Of a DNA stretch of 64,000 bases, positions 25,561-37,947 are shown piece by piece. The translations under genes and the position numbers were made by a program. The DNA is taken from the NCBI RefSeq assembly GCF_004010195.1, contig NC_057710.1, forward strand, positions 132,341,254-132,405,253, in the 5' to 3' direction. This stretch comes from Chiloscyllium plagiosum. Lineage: Eukaryota. The stretch's first letter is position 1; each line of letters opens with the position of its first letter. The notes beneath the pieces were generated by a model. It was not told where the DNA came from. It searched no databases and saw only the letters and a program-made list of their open reading frames with translations.

Positions 25561-27274
25561 AATTCTTGAAAGTAGAGCCCTGGTCGTTTACTAGTGAAAT
25601 TCTTATTTAGCTAATGGAATGTTATAGGGAAATCAGACATTTTTCCTCAATGGTAAGAATTGCATTTTATTTTCATTGTCACATATTCTCCCCAGTTACT
25701 TGCTATTTGCATGTTGTTCAGACCTTAGGGAAAATCAATCCTTGGGTTTGAAATAGTGATTAGATTTTCTGTGTTGAGTGTAGCTTGTAGCTATTGCATA
25801 AACATTGAATCTTCATGCCATTTTTATACTGAGTTGCCTTTTTTTTGTGAAGGTACTCAAACAGCAATCTTTGAATCTTGGGCTTGCCTGCATGACTGCT
25901 CCTCACCCAAAGTTGTTGTACAATTTGCATGCAAATAATGGTGACTAACTTTAGCTTCACTGTTGCTGTGACATTAACTTTTTACCTATCCAGTTTAAAG
26001 TGGATTGCAGTCATATGATGAAACAAACTAATCAATTAAAAATAGCTTTGATTATTTGGAACATTACCATGTTGTCTAAATGTCACAAAATGTCAAAATG
26101 TTGCAAAATATTACCTTTAGACATTGAGCAAATGCAGCCGTAACTTGTTTTTTTTTCTCTTTAACCCATATCAAATTGCATCAGAATTACTTCCAAGTAC
26201 AAAACTCTTTTTATTCCCACAGCAATTTTCCACATTCTCACAGGAATTCTCAATCCCCCTGTACTCACAGGCCTGCTGGCAGTTTGTTACAGTGATCCTG
26301 TTTCTCAGTGATAAATTGCAATGCACCTGTTTCTCCCAACATCTTTCTAAATCTCCTCTTTCACTCACCATGACATCCCTATTATTCACAGGGAGGTTTT
26401 GTGGTAGTTCTTTCCTCTGAACAAATCCTATTAAGAATCATTGTGGTTCAGGCAATCATAATTTGACCTCTTAGGAACAAAGATTTATTGTGAATCACTG
26501 AAACGTGCTTGCTTCTTTTCCTAAGGTAACATGATCCTTGGCACTGTTTACATTTACTAGATTAATTCATTGTCCATTTGCATTGCTTGCTTGTTACACT
26601 GAATCTAACATATTGCTCATGCTGCTACCAACAACTCACTTCAGTAGCTTTGTTTTCCATGATCCTTTGAAATCCATTGGTGGTTTCACAACCAGCCTCT
26701 TTCTAAGCATCATTGAACCACCAAAACATTGTAGTTCTAAAAGCATGACTCACCATTTCTATGTTACATACTTGACCCAATGTTAACAATGAAAATGTTT
26801 ACAAACTTTGTGTCAATTATCTTAATTAGAAAGATGTTTATGACATCTATAAAGTACCTTAAGATAGGTAATGGGGCGTGTAAAAAGATATTAGGATAGA
26901 TTATGAAAGGTTTGGTCAAAGAATTAGATCTTAAGAAGTGTTATAAACAAAGAAAGCATGCTACAGATGCAGAGAGGTCTACAAAGGGAATTCCGAAGCT
27001 TAGGACTAAGCAACTGAAAACATGGTCCCCAATGATGGATTGACTAAAATTGGGAATGCACAAGAGGTCAGAATTAGAGGGATGTGAAAAACTTAAAGGG
27101 TGCATCCAATAATGTGTTTAATGGCTATCGATCTAAAATGGAAGAAACTTACAGCAGTGGCCACATGACTATGGCAAATCACAAGTGTACAGTATTCTTA
27201 CAAATGCATTTCTTCAGACATTTCCCTCACATAAAAAGTTGTAGCAAAATTACCCAACAGAGATGGTTAACAAA

Positions 27275-28184
27275 TGTGATGATAATGCTCCTTTAACAAG
27301 GTTATGCTATTCTTGATTGTTTTTCAGGAGGTCGTAAAAACATAGGTCCAAAATGTCTGGGGTGATCTACTTGAGGAAACTTTTAAGTTAAAAAAAACTC
27401 TTGTCCAATGAAAGGGGAGTGGTCAGTTCTCCCAGCTCAGCTTACTCTGGTTTGGTTTTTAGCAGTCTGGCTGTTCAGAGCAAGCAGTTTGTCAGTTTAG
27501 AGGCTGCTGGTCAAAGAAATGATTTGGAGATGTCGGTGTTGGTCTAGGGTGGACAAAGTTACAAATCACACAACACCACATTTTGGTCCAACAGATTTAT
27601 TTGGAAGCATTAGCTTTCGAAGCGCTGCTCCTTCATCAGGTGGCTGTGGAGAGTAAGATCGTAAGACAGAATTTATAGCAAATCTGTCTTACAATCTTAT
27701 ACTCCACAGCCACCTAATGAAGGAGCAGCGTTCCAAAAGCTAGTGCTTCCAAATAAACCTGTTGGACGATAACTTGGTGTTGTGTAATTTTTAACCTTGT
27801 CAAAAAAAAAACTACATGGAAAAAGACATTCTATCTAAATCTCTCTACCATCTCTCTCTCTCCTGTAAGACCTCATGTTTGACTTTACCTTTTTTGAGAA
27901 GGAGTGTTTATGGGGATTGTTGCAGAAATTTGGAACAGCATTATTAGTTGGGATAATCTGTTGGCTTTTTGGATAGATTAAGTTATTCTATATCTTGTTT
28001 TCTTTTGTTTGTGTTTCATTTGGCAATCTTGCAAATAAATTCTGTATTGTTTAAAAAATAAGTGGTTGTGCCAGCTGCATCCCTCCTGGAATATCCACTC
28101 TACACCTGCTTAAAACAACTGGCAAAGTTAGGGTCAGGCCTACTTTCTTGATAAGTTTTGAGGGATCTGGCCTGGTCCCTAACA
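27275..28184 (+). mobile_element. Solo LTR containing a PLE palindrome
   Basis: tgtgatgata...ggtccctaaca termini, caaa on both sides, aataaa near 28035. Confidence 0.6.
27525..27801. mobile_element. Fold-back PLE pLTR family B with two opposed hammerhead cores
   Basis: Arms of about 120 bp; minus core 27611-27639 CTGATGA-A-GGAGC(AGC)GCTTC-GAAA-GCTA; plus core decayed. Confidence 0.8.
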
Positions 28185-28199
28185 CAAAGAAAATGATCG

Positions 28200-29600
28200 T
28201 TTATGAACAATATTATGTCTACAATCCAGTCAGTGTCACTTTTGCCTGTCTCTGCATTTGCATTTCCTCCATAATCTCCAAAGTGTTCAAATCTTTTAAT
28301 GGCATGCTTGCAGGTTGGTTTCAATGATTTGTCTACTTTCTACTCATTCTTGTGGTGTTGTTCCCTTTCTAGAGGTTGTCATTCCAATGGTAAATGCTTG
28401 ATCAGAGCAAGATTCTTTTAGATTCAATTCTTCCAGAGCATGCTGAGCTGTTATTGCTCGTTGTTTAATTTATTTGAAAGTCTTTTCTTGTTCTGCTCTA
28501 CAATATCTCTGCATATGCTTAGCAGTGAACTTGCATAAACATTCACATTCCCATGACGAATTAGGCAATTAGTAATACAATCCAACAAATGATTGCACTG
28601 TTTTCCCATCTGTTGGTTACTGTACTTCTATTATAACCCTTACCTTGTCAGGACCGAAGTGAAGCTGTTTTACTGTCAGTACATAATCAATGTCCATGAC
28701 TTCAGGCATTTCTAACTGCATCTTTTTCTTGTTCAACCTATGGTTGTTTCTTTAGCAGTTGCACTGGATCTGATCATATTTTTTTTCTTTATTCATTTAT
28801 AGGATGGGAGTTGCTGGCTGGGCCAGCATTTATTGCCCGTCCCTAGTTGCCCCTGAGAAGGTGGTGGTGAGTTGCCTTCCTGAACCACTGCAGTCCACCT
28901 GGTTGACCCACAATGCCAATAGGATGGGAATGCCAGAATTTTGACCCAGTGACAGTGAAGGAATGGCGATATATTTCCAAGTCAGGATAGTGAGTGGAAC
29001 TTGAAGGTGGTGGTGTTCTCTTGTATCTGCTGCCCTTGTCCTTCTAGATGGAAGTTAGCGTGGGTTTGGAAGGTACTATCTGAGGATCTTTGGTGAGTTT
29101 CTGCAATGCATATTGTAGATAGTAGACACTACTGTGACTGAGCATTGGGGGTGAAGGGAGTGAAAGAAGGCTGTGATAGCTTTTGCTATCATGTCTCCAC
29201 ATCTATAGACTAACAGATCATCCACGATGGTTTCAGTTCAGAAAACTACTGACTATCTCATATTGCCTGCAATGATATTTTTCTGGAGTAGTGGAAATCC
29301 TAATCAGCCTGTGGAGTATCTATATCTCGCAAATGGCATCCAGTTGTTATAAAATTGCTGCTTTCATCCAGCTTCACTGTACAGTAACCATCCTTCAAAT
29401 TGCATATCATAAAAACCCTCTGTCTTTACAAGCTGTGGCAAAATCTTTTAAATGGTTGGAATGGGTCGTGAAATGTCTTCAAAACTTTAGTCAAAATTAT
29501 TTGAATCTGCATACTCTCAATCTTCCATGCTTTTACACTGCTACCATCTTCCAGTGAGAGGTTCTGTCACACTTAGTCATTTAATACCATAGAACTTGAA
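28200..29600 (-). mobile_element. Gypsy RT/RNase H relic interrupted by a LINE 3' end
   Basis: Minus strand TIVDDLLVY, GYCTVKLDES; homologous to 25020-25560. Confidence 0.7.
28780..29165 (-). mobile_element. 3' end of second-family LINE
   Basis: Minus strand ...ggcaactcaccaccaccttctcaggggcaactagggacgggcaataaatgctgg...aatgaataaag tail. Confidence 0.7.
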
Positions 29601-29619
29601 TATTAGTGAAAAAAATACT

Positions 29620-30230
29620 TTAGTGACGACTTTAATCTTGCACTTGTGAGGATAATTAGCAAGAAATACCAAAGTAAAGGGAAAACAGCATTTATTCTGT
29701 ATGAGAGGAGAGTGGTATTGGTTAGTGAGTGGACTTTGATTGTTCAATGGGTTACCATGGTGAATGCACCAATTGCCAATTATGATGACTGACAGTTAAC
29801 TGCCAAGCTTTGTTTAACTTTTAAACAAAGCAAGGTGACTCTGATTGATCAAGGCATTGCTCTGAGAAGTAATTCAAGCAATTGACTATTGCTTATTTGT
29901 GTTGAAACATATATTGCATTTATACATTTCCTTTCTGTCTGCAGAACATAGGGCTCCATGTATTCATTTCTGTGGCTTCCAGTACACATGACTGTGCCAC
30001 ACTACGAGCATGGCTGACAATCCTAAATTGGTTGCCAGCATAATTCTTCAAGCACTCAGGATTTTGCAGTAAAATAGTGTCCAATGTTGGAAACCCATCT
30101 CATGTTGGACATGTATTATGAGTTTTGCAACCATATGTTGCTTTGGAATGATCAACATCTTGCTTCCTGTGAACAACCCAAGGTATACCCTGTTTGACAC
30201 AATCTGTCAGTCTATGGGACATCCAGCCTA
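29620..30230 (-). mobile_element. PLE (Penelope/Poseidon-like) GIY-YIG C-terminus and 3' UTR
   Basis: Minus strand KNYAGNQFRIVSHARSVAQSCVLEAT...PMFCRQK. Confidence 0.65.
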
Positions 30231-30249
30231 AATATCTGGCAACACACCA

Positions 30250-30830
30250 CACTGATATTCATATTCCACAAGACGTATTTGTGTGATGGGCAGAATTTTT
30301 TTTGGCTTAATGGCAGTATCCTGTTTGTAGCAAACAAAACTCATGAAACAAACCTGTACTTTTGCATATTCCTGATACATTGATGATACATTTGCTATAT
30401 AAGTATCTTCAGCTGCATATAGAATTTCCTCAGATGTCTTAACAGACTCCATCCTGCTCTCAAATTCACCTTTAAAAGGAACAATCAAATGAAGCTTCCT
30501 TTTCTCAATGTCCTACTTGAGAAATCAGCCACTGTGTACTGCAAATCTATCTTCATTTGCCAATACATCAATTAGGATACCAACAATTCCACATGCTACA
30601 ACATGGAAGAATTGACAACTTCATAATGAGGACCAAGCCATTTGACGCTGAGATAAGGTGCATAAAAGGCAACCACAATGGCTACATGGTCAGATCATTT
30701 CTCACAAAATCATGAACAGATCTAAGACTTGTGGTCCTGAGAAAAGCCCAGTCTACCTCAAATTACCCTTGAATGGCAAAGTATCTTAGAAGTTTGAGCA
30801 ACAGATGAAGCTAGCTATTTCACTCTGCTT
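30250..30830 (+). mobile_element. PLE (Penelope/Poseidon-like) RT relic
   Basis: YIDDTFAI, LNRLHPALKFTF, LPFLNVLLEK, TVYCKS remnants. Confidence 0.7.
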
Positions 30831-32374
30831 GATCTCCCCGGTACTATAGCAGAAATCCAATTACTCCTCATGCGTTTTGTAATGGGTCACTTTTATTTAC
30901 AGCAATGGCACAAAATTAATGAATTTCCCCAAAGTATTTGACGAACCAGCACTGAGATTAAAACCCACTTCACACCTGAAAAAAGTTCTATATATAAAAT
31001 AAAATTGACATCAGCTTATCTCCAAATGACCATGCATTATTAGTGATTGATGAATGAAAGGGATTACAAGAAATGACAAAGACAGGTTTGCCACAAGGGA
31101 AATATACTCTTGATAGTTGGTTTATTAGTTCCATCAACACAATAGAAAGCAATTGGGTACTTGAACTCACAGAAAAATCTTTAACAGCTAATTCTTAAAT
31201 GGAGTACTATGCACTTTTCAATCATACAATGGCAGCTTTATTAACAATTTAACTCTTAAACTGGTATTTCAGTAAAGGAGAACATAGCATTACTCACTTT
31301 GGTCAATAATAGGTCAACATGGTTTTACTGCAGCATAAAGTTTATTCTTCATAGCTGAGCTCCACAAATTGGTTCAAGTGAAGGGAAGTGGTGACAAAGT
31401 TAATGCCCCCATTGAACAAAAGAGTTAAGGTCAGTAGAGGTCATACATTAACCTTTTAACAAAGACAGCTTTTAATGTAGCAACTTACTCCCAATTATCC
31501 AATACTTATTCAATGTTATGCTATATGCACCATTCTGAATGCCATGTCTCTTTCAATCATAGAATAAGAGTACTGTTTCAGGTTTGACAGGAGTTTTCTC
31601 CTGGCACAAGGCCTCCATTACCAATAGTGTGGAAATGAGAAAATAGTTAATTCATTGTCAGTTAAAGCTTAGGAAGCATAAAGGTTTTGTTTCAGCAGTT
31701 GACCACCTAATAGCAAAAGGGACAAAAAAAACTAGATGAGTAATTTTATTTTTGCACCTTTAATGTGTCATTCTGTGGTGTTCTAATAGAATCTGTAATA
31801 ACAGAAACAAAATATCAGTGTACTATAGTCTATAACGCTGACAATTTTCACTAAGCTGTTAACAAAGCAAAATTACATTAAGGCCAATGCAAACTAATTA
31901 TTGTGATATAGAAATTGATTACAAAGTTGTGCCATATATTTGTGTGCACTCACTGACCCTCAGTAATTGCTAAAACAACATCTTTAGTTCCATTGAAAAT
32001 CAAGGAAAAATTCAACAGCCTCATGTGAAATGAGTCCCATGTCTAGTTTTGCTGGAAACTTGTACAAGAGTAAGGATGCACATCCTGGGGTCCACATTTT
32101 GCTGGATGGAAGTATCTCACCTTGCTTCCTAATCCTTCTGCTCAAAATGTTTTTGTCCTCAGAATTCTAAGAGGCAGAATGTAAAATTGGATTAAGAAGA
32201 ATACAAAGAGACCGAAAGGGAAATAAGAAAAACACTTACAAAATAATTTTTAGCTTGTGAAAATGTCCACAACTATTTCCTATCAGTCACAGAGGCTTTG
32301 CAGACTTAATTGTAAATTTCTGGGCTGCAGAAATTGTGGTATTGCATGAACTGTTGTAATAAAAAGAAAAAAAA

Positions 32375-32445
32375 CACTTGCATTCGTGTGGAAACTTTCA
32401 CAATCACAGATGTCCCAAAGCACTTTGCTGTCAATGGAGTACATA
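32375..32445 (-). mobile_element. Possible Deu/AmnSINE-like or L2-type 3' tail
   Basis: cttgcatt...gatgtcccaaagcactttg...caatggagtac resembles the reverse complement of the DeuSINE tail as recalled. Confidence 0.35.
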
Positions 32446-32489
32446 AGTCTCCATATTTAACCGTGAATGCGTTAGACACAGATCAGAGC

Positions 32490-32975
32490 TCGTTCACCAA
32501 ATAGATTCATGGGTTATGAAGATTATCTTATGAGGGAAGTTCAACACTCTGGAGCTGTATCCATTGGAATTTGGGAGAATGCGAGGTGAACTTATTGTGA
32601 CATATAAGATCCTGAGAGGAATTGACGGAGTGGATGCTGAGAGTCTGTCTACTCTTGTGGGAGACAGTAGAACCAGGGAGACCATTTAAAAATCAGAGGC
32701 TCCCATTTAAGACTGAGATGAGGATCTTCTTTTCTCTCAAACCATCATGTATCATTGGAACTACTGAGCATAGAGCAATGAATGCAGGGTAATCAAATAC
32801 TTTTGAAGGAGAGGCAAATAGGTTCATGACTAACAAGCACAACATGAAGATGCAAAAGTAGACAAGGATGTAGAGTTGTGGTCACAATCAGATCTGCCTC
32901 AACATTGCTGAACAGCGGAGCAAGCTAGGTGGTCCAAATGAGTTCTATTCCACAGATTTGTATATATGTTTGTAT
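32490..32975 (+). mobile_element. Degraded CR1 3' end
   Basis: LYPLEFGRMRGELIVTYKILRGIDGVD. Confidence 0.8.
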
Positions 32976-33184
32976 ACTGTGATGAGTTTAATTCACAATC
33001 AATGTGCAAATGCACCAGTTACAACAAACTCCTGGCAAACCTGTCTCACTAGACTAACAATGGAGCCACATACATTAATGTCAACTGGTGCAGATGTGCA
33101 ATTCACAGAATATCTCTTCCATGCCACAAGTTTCTAGATACCTTGTATATTTATAACAGCAATCATGTTAACCTCATTATTTTT

Positions 33185-33420
33185 TAGATTTAGATTGAGA
33201 TTTTATTGTCATATGTACTCAAACACAGGTTACAACATGTTCAGTGAAAAGTGTACAATGTCACCACACAGATTGCCATCTTATGCGACAAAGTAGCTAG
33301 GTTCAAAATCCTAGTTACAGAAATAGAGAAACAAAGAAATAAGTACAAAAGTTCAGCACTGCAGCCTTCTTGGTCTCAAAGTAGAAAAATTAAAGAAATA
33401 AAGTTAAAATGTCAAACATT
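33185..33420 (-). mobile_element. Rex1-type 3' tail of a putative VNTR-containing non-autonomous retroposon
   Basis: Minus strand ...gtacacttttcactgaac...gagtacatatgacaataaaatctcaatctaaatcta. Confidence 0.6.
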
Positions 33421-33689
33421 ACAGTTCCTTCTTGAGCCATGGGCCTGCAGATGCTCCAAACCAGGTTTCCTCAGGAAGGCTCACTCTCCCCTGAGCTGGA
33501 CACGCTTTCACCCATGCTGGGCTAACACCCATCCAGGCATGCCAGGCTTCGCCACAGCTCATAAGGCTTCGGTTCCAACCACTGCCTCATCACTGACTGC
33601 CATCCAGGCTCACAATGGGCCCCAGCTCCTGCCAAGCTCCATCATCACCACTGCCTCGATGACTCCAGTTTTACGAATGCTTGAGGTCC

Positions 33690-34970
33690 ATGCTGGGTTT
33701 ACTCTACTCCATGATGGGCTTGCTCTAATCCACGGTGGGCTTACTCTCACATGTGCTGGGCCTACTCTCCCCACGCTGGGCCTGCTCTCTCCCACACTGG
33801 GCCTACTCTCCCCTGTGCTGGACCTACTCTCCCCTGTGCTGGACCTACTCTCCCCCGTGCTGGACCTACTCTCCTCCGTGCTGGGCTTACTCTCCTCCAT
33901 GCTAGGCCTACTCTCCCAATGCTAGTCCAACTCTCCCACATGCTGGGCCTATTCTCCCCTGCACTGGGCCTACTCTCCTTCGCACTGGACCTACTCTCCC
34001 CTGTGCAGGGCCTGCTCACCTCCATGCTTGCCCTACTCTTCCCCACGCTGGGCCTACTCTTCACCACACTGGGCCTACTCTCTCCTTTGCTGGGCCTACT
34101 CTACCCCGCCCTTAGCCGACGCTCCCCACTGCTGGGCCTACTCTCCTCCATGCTGGGCCTACTTTCCTCCATGATAGGCTTATCTCACCCGCACAGGGCT
34201 TGCTCTCCTCCACACTGAGCCTACTCTCTCCTTCGCCGGGCCTACTATCCCCCGCGCTGAGCCTACTCTCCCCCATGCTGGGCCTACTCTCCTCCACTCT
34301 GGGCCCACTCTCCCCCATGCTGGGCCTACTCTCCCCCATGCTGGGCCTGCTCTCCTCCAGGTAAAAACGAGTACTGCAGATGCTGGAAACCCAAGTCTGG
34401 ATTAGAGTGGTGCTGGAAAAGCACAGCAGGTCAGGCAGCATCCAAGGAGCAGGAAAATCGACATTTTGGGCAAAAGCCCTTCATCAGAGAGACAGGGAGC
34501 CTGCAGGTTGGAGAGATAAATGAGAGGGGGGTGGGGGTGGGGTGAAAGTAGCATAGAGTACAATGGGTAAATGGGGGTGGGGATGAAGGTAATAGGTCAG
34601 AGAGGAGGGTGAAGTGGATAGGTGGAAAGGAAGATAGGCAGGTAGGACAGGTCATGGGAACAGTGCTGAGCACACTGGGCCTACTCTCCTCCACGATGGG
34701 CTTTCTTCACCCGCACTGGGCTTGATCTCCTCCATGCTGGGCCTACTCTCCCCCGCGCCAGGCCTGCTCTCCCCGGCACTGGCCTGACTCTCCCCCGCAC
34801 TGGTCCTGCTCCACTCCACGTTGGGACTACTCTTTTCCACGCTGGACCTACTCCCCTATTTGCTGGGCCTACTCTCCTCCACTCTGTGTCTACTCTCCCC
34901 CACTCTGGGCCTACTCACCCCCGCACTGAACCTGCTCTCCTCCACACTGGGCCTTTTCTCCCCGCACGGA
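33690..34970. repeat. 21-bp GC-rich minisatellite (ctgggcctactctcccccatg), about 45 units, split by a pLTR
   Basis: Visible tandem unit; explains the LGLLSP/AGPTLP/ESRPS periodic ORFs. Confidence 0.95.
34361..34670 (-). mobile_element. PLE pLTR family A inserted in the minisatellite
   Basis: Minus strand CTGATGA-A-GGGCTTTTGCCC-AAAA-TGTC (G12 lost); aligns with 7940-8200. Confidence 0.85.
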
Positions 34971-35224
34971 GCTCACTCGAGGTCCACAAGGTCTGCCAGC
35001 AATGCCATCTGCGCTCAAGAGATAAGTAAGGAAAATAGAAGATAGAAAAACAAACAAGAGGAAGAATATTGGCAACAATATCTGGGCCCTTATTACCAGT
35101 TCCAATAAATAATGGAATTAGTAAGTTATGTTCATAGTTCTGTTATGCCATAATTTGCTGGAATACTGTACTGCTCTGTCAATTTCCTCTCTGACTCCAA
35201 TGCAAGTGTATTTAGCGTCGATTA

Positions 35225-35725
35225 GCACTGATGTCAATGGTGATCACTGATTACTGTCAATGGTGATCACTGATTGAAGTCAATAATGATTACAGACTGA
35301 ATTCAATGATAATCATAAAATGAAGTCAATTGCGATCACAGAGTGCCATCAATAGCAATCAAAGACTGAAGTCAATAGTGATTACTGATTAAAATCTATG
35401 GCGATCATATTCTAAAGTCAACAGTGATCACAGGCTCAATCATTGGATATCACAGTCAATTGTAATCATAGACTGAAGTCAGCAGTGAGCACTGATTTAA
35501 CTCATTGGTCATCACTGTTTGAAATCTATGGTGATCACAGTCTGAAGTCAATGATGATCACACATTGGCATCAATGGTGATCACGGACTGACGTCAATGG
35601 TGATTACGGACTGAAGCCAATGATGGTTACAGACTGAAGTCAATGCTAATCACAAAATGAAGTCAATGGCGATCACAGAGTGCAGTCAGTTGTGATCATG
35701 GATTGAAGTCAGTGGTGATCACTGG
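35225..35725. repeat. Diverged 23-bp minisatellite (gactgaagtcaatggtgatcaca), about 21 units
   Basis: gtcaat...gatcac recurs at about 22-23 bp spacing. Confidence 0.85.
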
Positions 35726-37726
35726 TTTACTGGATTTCTGGCTGTTTTCACAACACTGTCAGTAAGATTTTAAAATACTGATTGAAGTGGCCTAGCATCA
35801 GCTTGAATAAAGAATGACTTCTCTGGACTAAATTACTTGCTGAAATGCGAATGCTGCCCAGAATGTTAAATGGGTTGATTATTTTGCAAGATCTATTTAA
35901 TAAGTTAAACTTATTTATTTTTAAAACTGTTTAATCTCATTCCTGAAATTCTTGAACTTAAAATACATCAGCTCTTTCACTCATCGGATCAAAGTCTTGT
36001 GTTCATTTCATCCACGTGAAACATTTTTGAATGCATGTTTTTGTTCAATTGAGATAATTTAGATATTTGCCATGTTAATACTTTTATTAATTTCAAATAT
36101 GATAAACAGTCATTTAATTTGACATTTCAAAATCAAACTACATTCAATGTTCATTTTCACCAATTGTTGCAACTTATCTAAACAAAAGTCTAAACTTGAC
36201 TGCTAGTGTTGGGAAATCAAGAAGAAAAGATTGAAATTCAAAGCAATAAGACAATCCAAATGCACTTTTTATTATTTCTCTTGCAACAATCAAATATTTA
36301 TGAAGCACAAAATAATAACAACAACATTTATAATTGATAAATCCAAAAATAAGCATTCTGGTCAAAGATATTTATGCATTAACTGATGATTATTGGAACG
36401 TATAGCAGAAAGCTGCATTTCATATGAAATGTCAAGGCCACTTCATCCTGAAGCAACACTGATAAGCAATTTAATAAGTGTGCAACGTAAAGAAGACAAA
36501 TTTTACTGAAATTCAAATTCTTAATATGAAAGTAGTCTAGTGACAAGAGTATGAACATAGAAAGGCAGCACTCTTTTCAGTAGACAACAGTGTTCAGCGT
36601 CTAGTTGTGTTTTTGTTTCCCATGTGGACCACAGCTATTCATTTATCGAAGGTAACAGGCTGTAAGAAAATGAAAGCCCACATATCAAAGCTACAGAAAC
36701 AAAATAAACCAATGAACCAACAAATCCACAAGAGATTCTACAGCAGGAAAGGAGCAAGCATTCATGACCAAACACTCTCTGTGTAGGTTCCAACAACATG
36801 CACTTGTGGAAAGCTCAAAATACTTCATTAAAACAAAGTTACTATTTAAGAGTCCCATTCAAATTAACCTGGGCTACATTGGTACTGCTGAATGCTCCTT
36901 ACCAACTATTAAAATATGTTTCAACAAAAAAGACAAGGTTTTACTCATAGCTGAGGTTATCCAATGTTTTTCTTTCAAAGTATTACTGATCTTAATAAAA
37001 ATTAAAGCTAACTAACTTCTTTCAAAACTTTTCTCTTTGGTCCGTCAGGATGCACAGAAGTGATTTATTTAAGGAATGATAGAAGTACAATGGCCAGCAA
37101 CAGCACCATTAACAAACAAAAGTCTTCCACAAAGCAGTCACCGATCTACAAGAGGACACCAAATACCATAAGACATAATAACAGAGGGAGGCCATTTGAC
37201 CCATTAAGTCAAATTCACCACTTAATGAGATCGTATTGGATATGATAGTCCTCATTTTCACTTTTCTCAAAACCCTTGATTCTCTTAATGTTTAGAAAAA
37301 CGTCTACCTCAATTTTGAATATAGTTAATGACCCAGCCTTAGCAACCCTCTGTGGTAAAGAATTCCACAGATTTTCTGTCCTTTGAAAGAAAGAAGTCCT
37401 TCACATTTCCATCTTACATGAGAAACTCCTTATTCTGAGATAATGCCTTCTGATTCTCGACTGTCTCACAAGGAAAAACAGCCTCTACACAACCAAGTCC
37501 CTAAGAATCTTATATGTCTCAATAAGATCTCTCATTCTTTAAACTCCAATGAGTAGAGGGCCGATCTACTCAACCATTCCTCATAAGACAGCCCCTCCAT
37601 ACCTGATGAACCTTCTCCGGACTGCCTCCAATGCTAATATATTTTCCTTAGATAAGGAGTCCAGAACTTATACAGTATTCCAGCTGTGCTCTGACTAATG
37701 CCTTGGCATGACTTCCCGAATTATTA

Positions 37727-37947
37727 AGGGGAAAGTGAGGGCTGCAGATGCTGGAGATCAGAGCTGAAAATGTGTTGCTGGAAAAGCGCAGCAGGAAAGG
37801 CAGCATTCAAGGAGCAGGAGAATCGACGTTTCGGGCATGAGCCCTTCTTCAGGAATGAGGAAAGTGTGTCCAGCAGGCTAAGATAAAAGGTAGGGAGGAG
37901 GGACTTGGGGGAGGGGCGTTGGAAATGCGATAGGTGGAAGGAGGTCA
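37727..37947 (-). mobile_element. PLE pLTR family A
   Basis: Reverse complement of 6090-6270. Confidence 0.85.
37825..37852 (-). ncRNA. Minimal hammerhead ribozyme core, family A, intact
   Basis: CTGAAGA-A-GGGC(TCAT)GCCC-GAAA-CGTC on the minus strand. Confidence 0.7.

Noticed and set aside
33251-35105. Long periodic ORFs (LGLLSP, AGPTLP, ESRPS repeats) as a repeat-protein gene
   Set aside because: They arise from a 21-bp unit open on both strands, are broken by stops and a pLTR insertion, and have no gene context
35225-35725. CRISPR-like array
   Set aside because: Units are contiguous with no unique spacers, no cas genes are present, and the context is vertebrate
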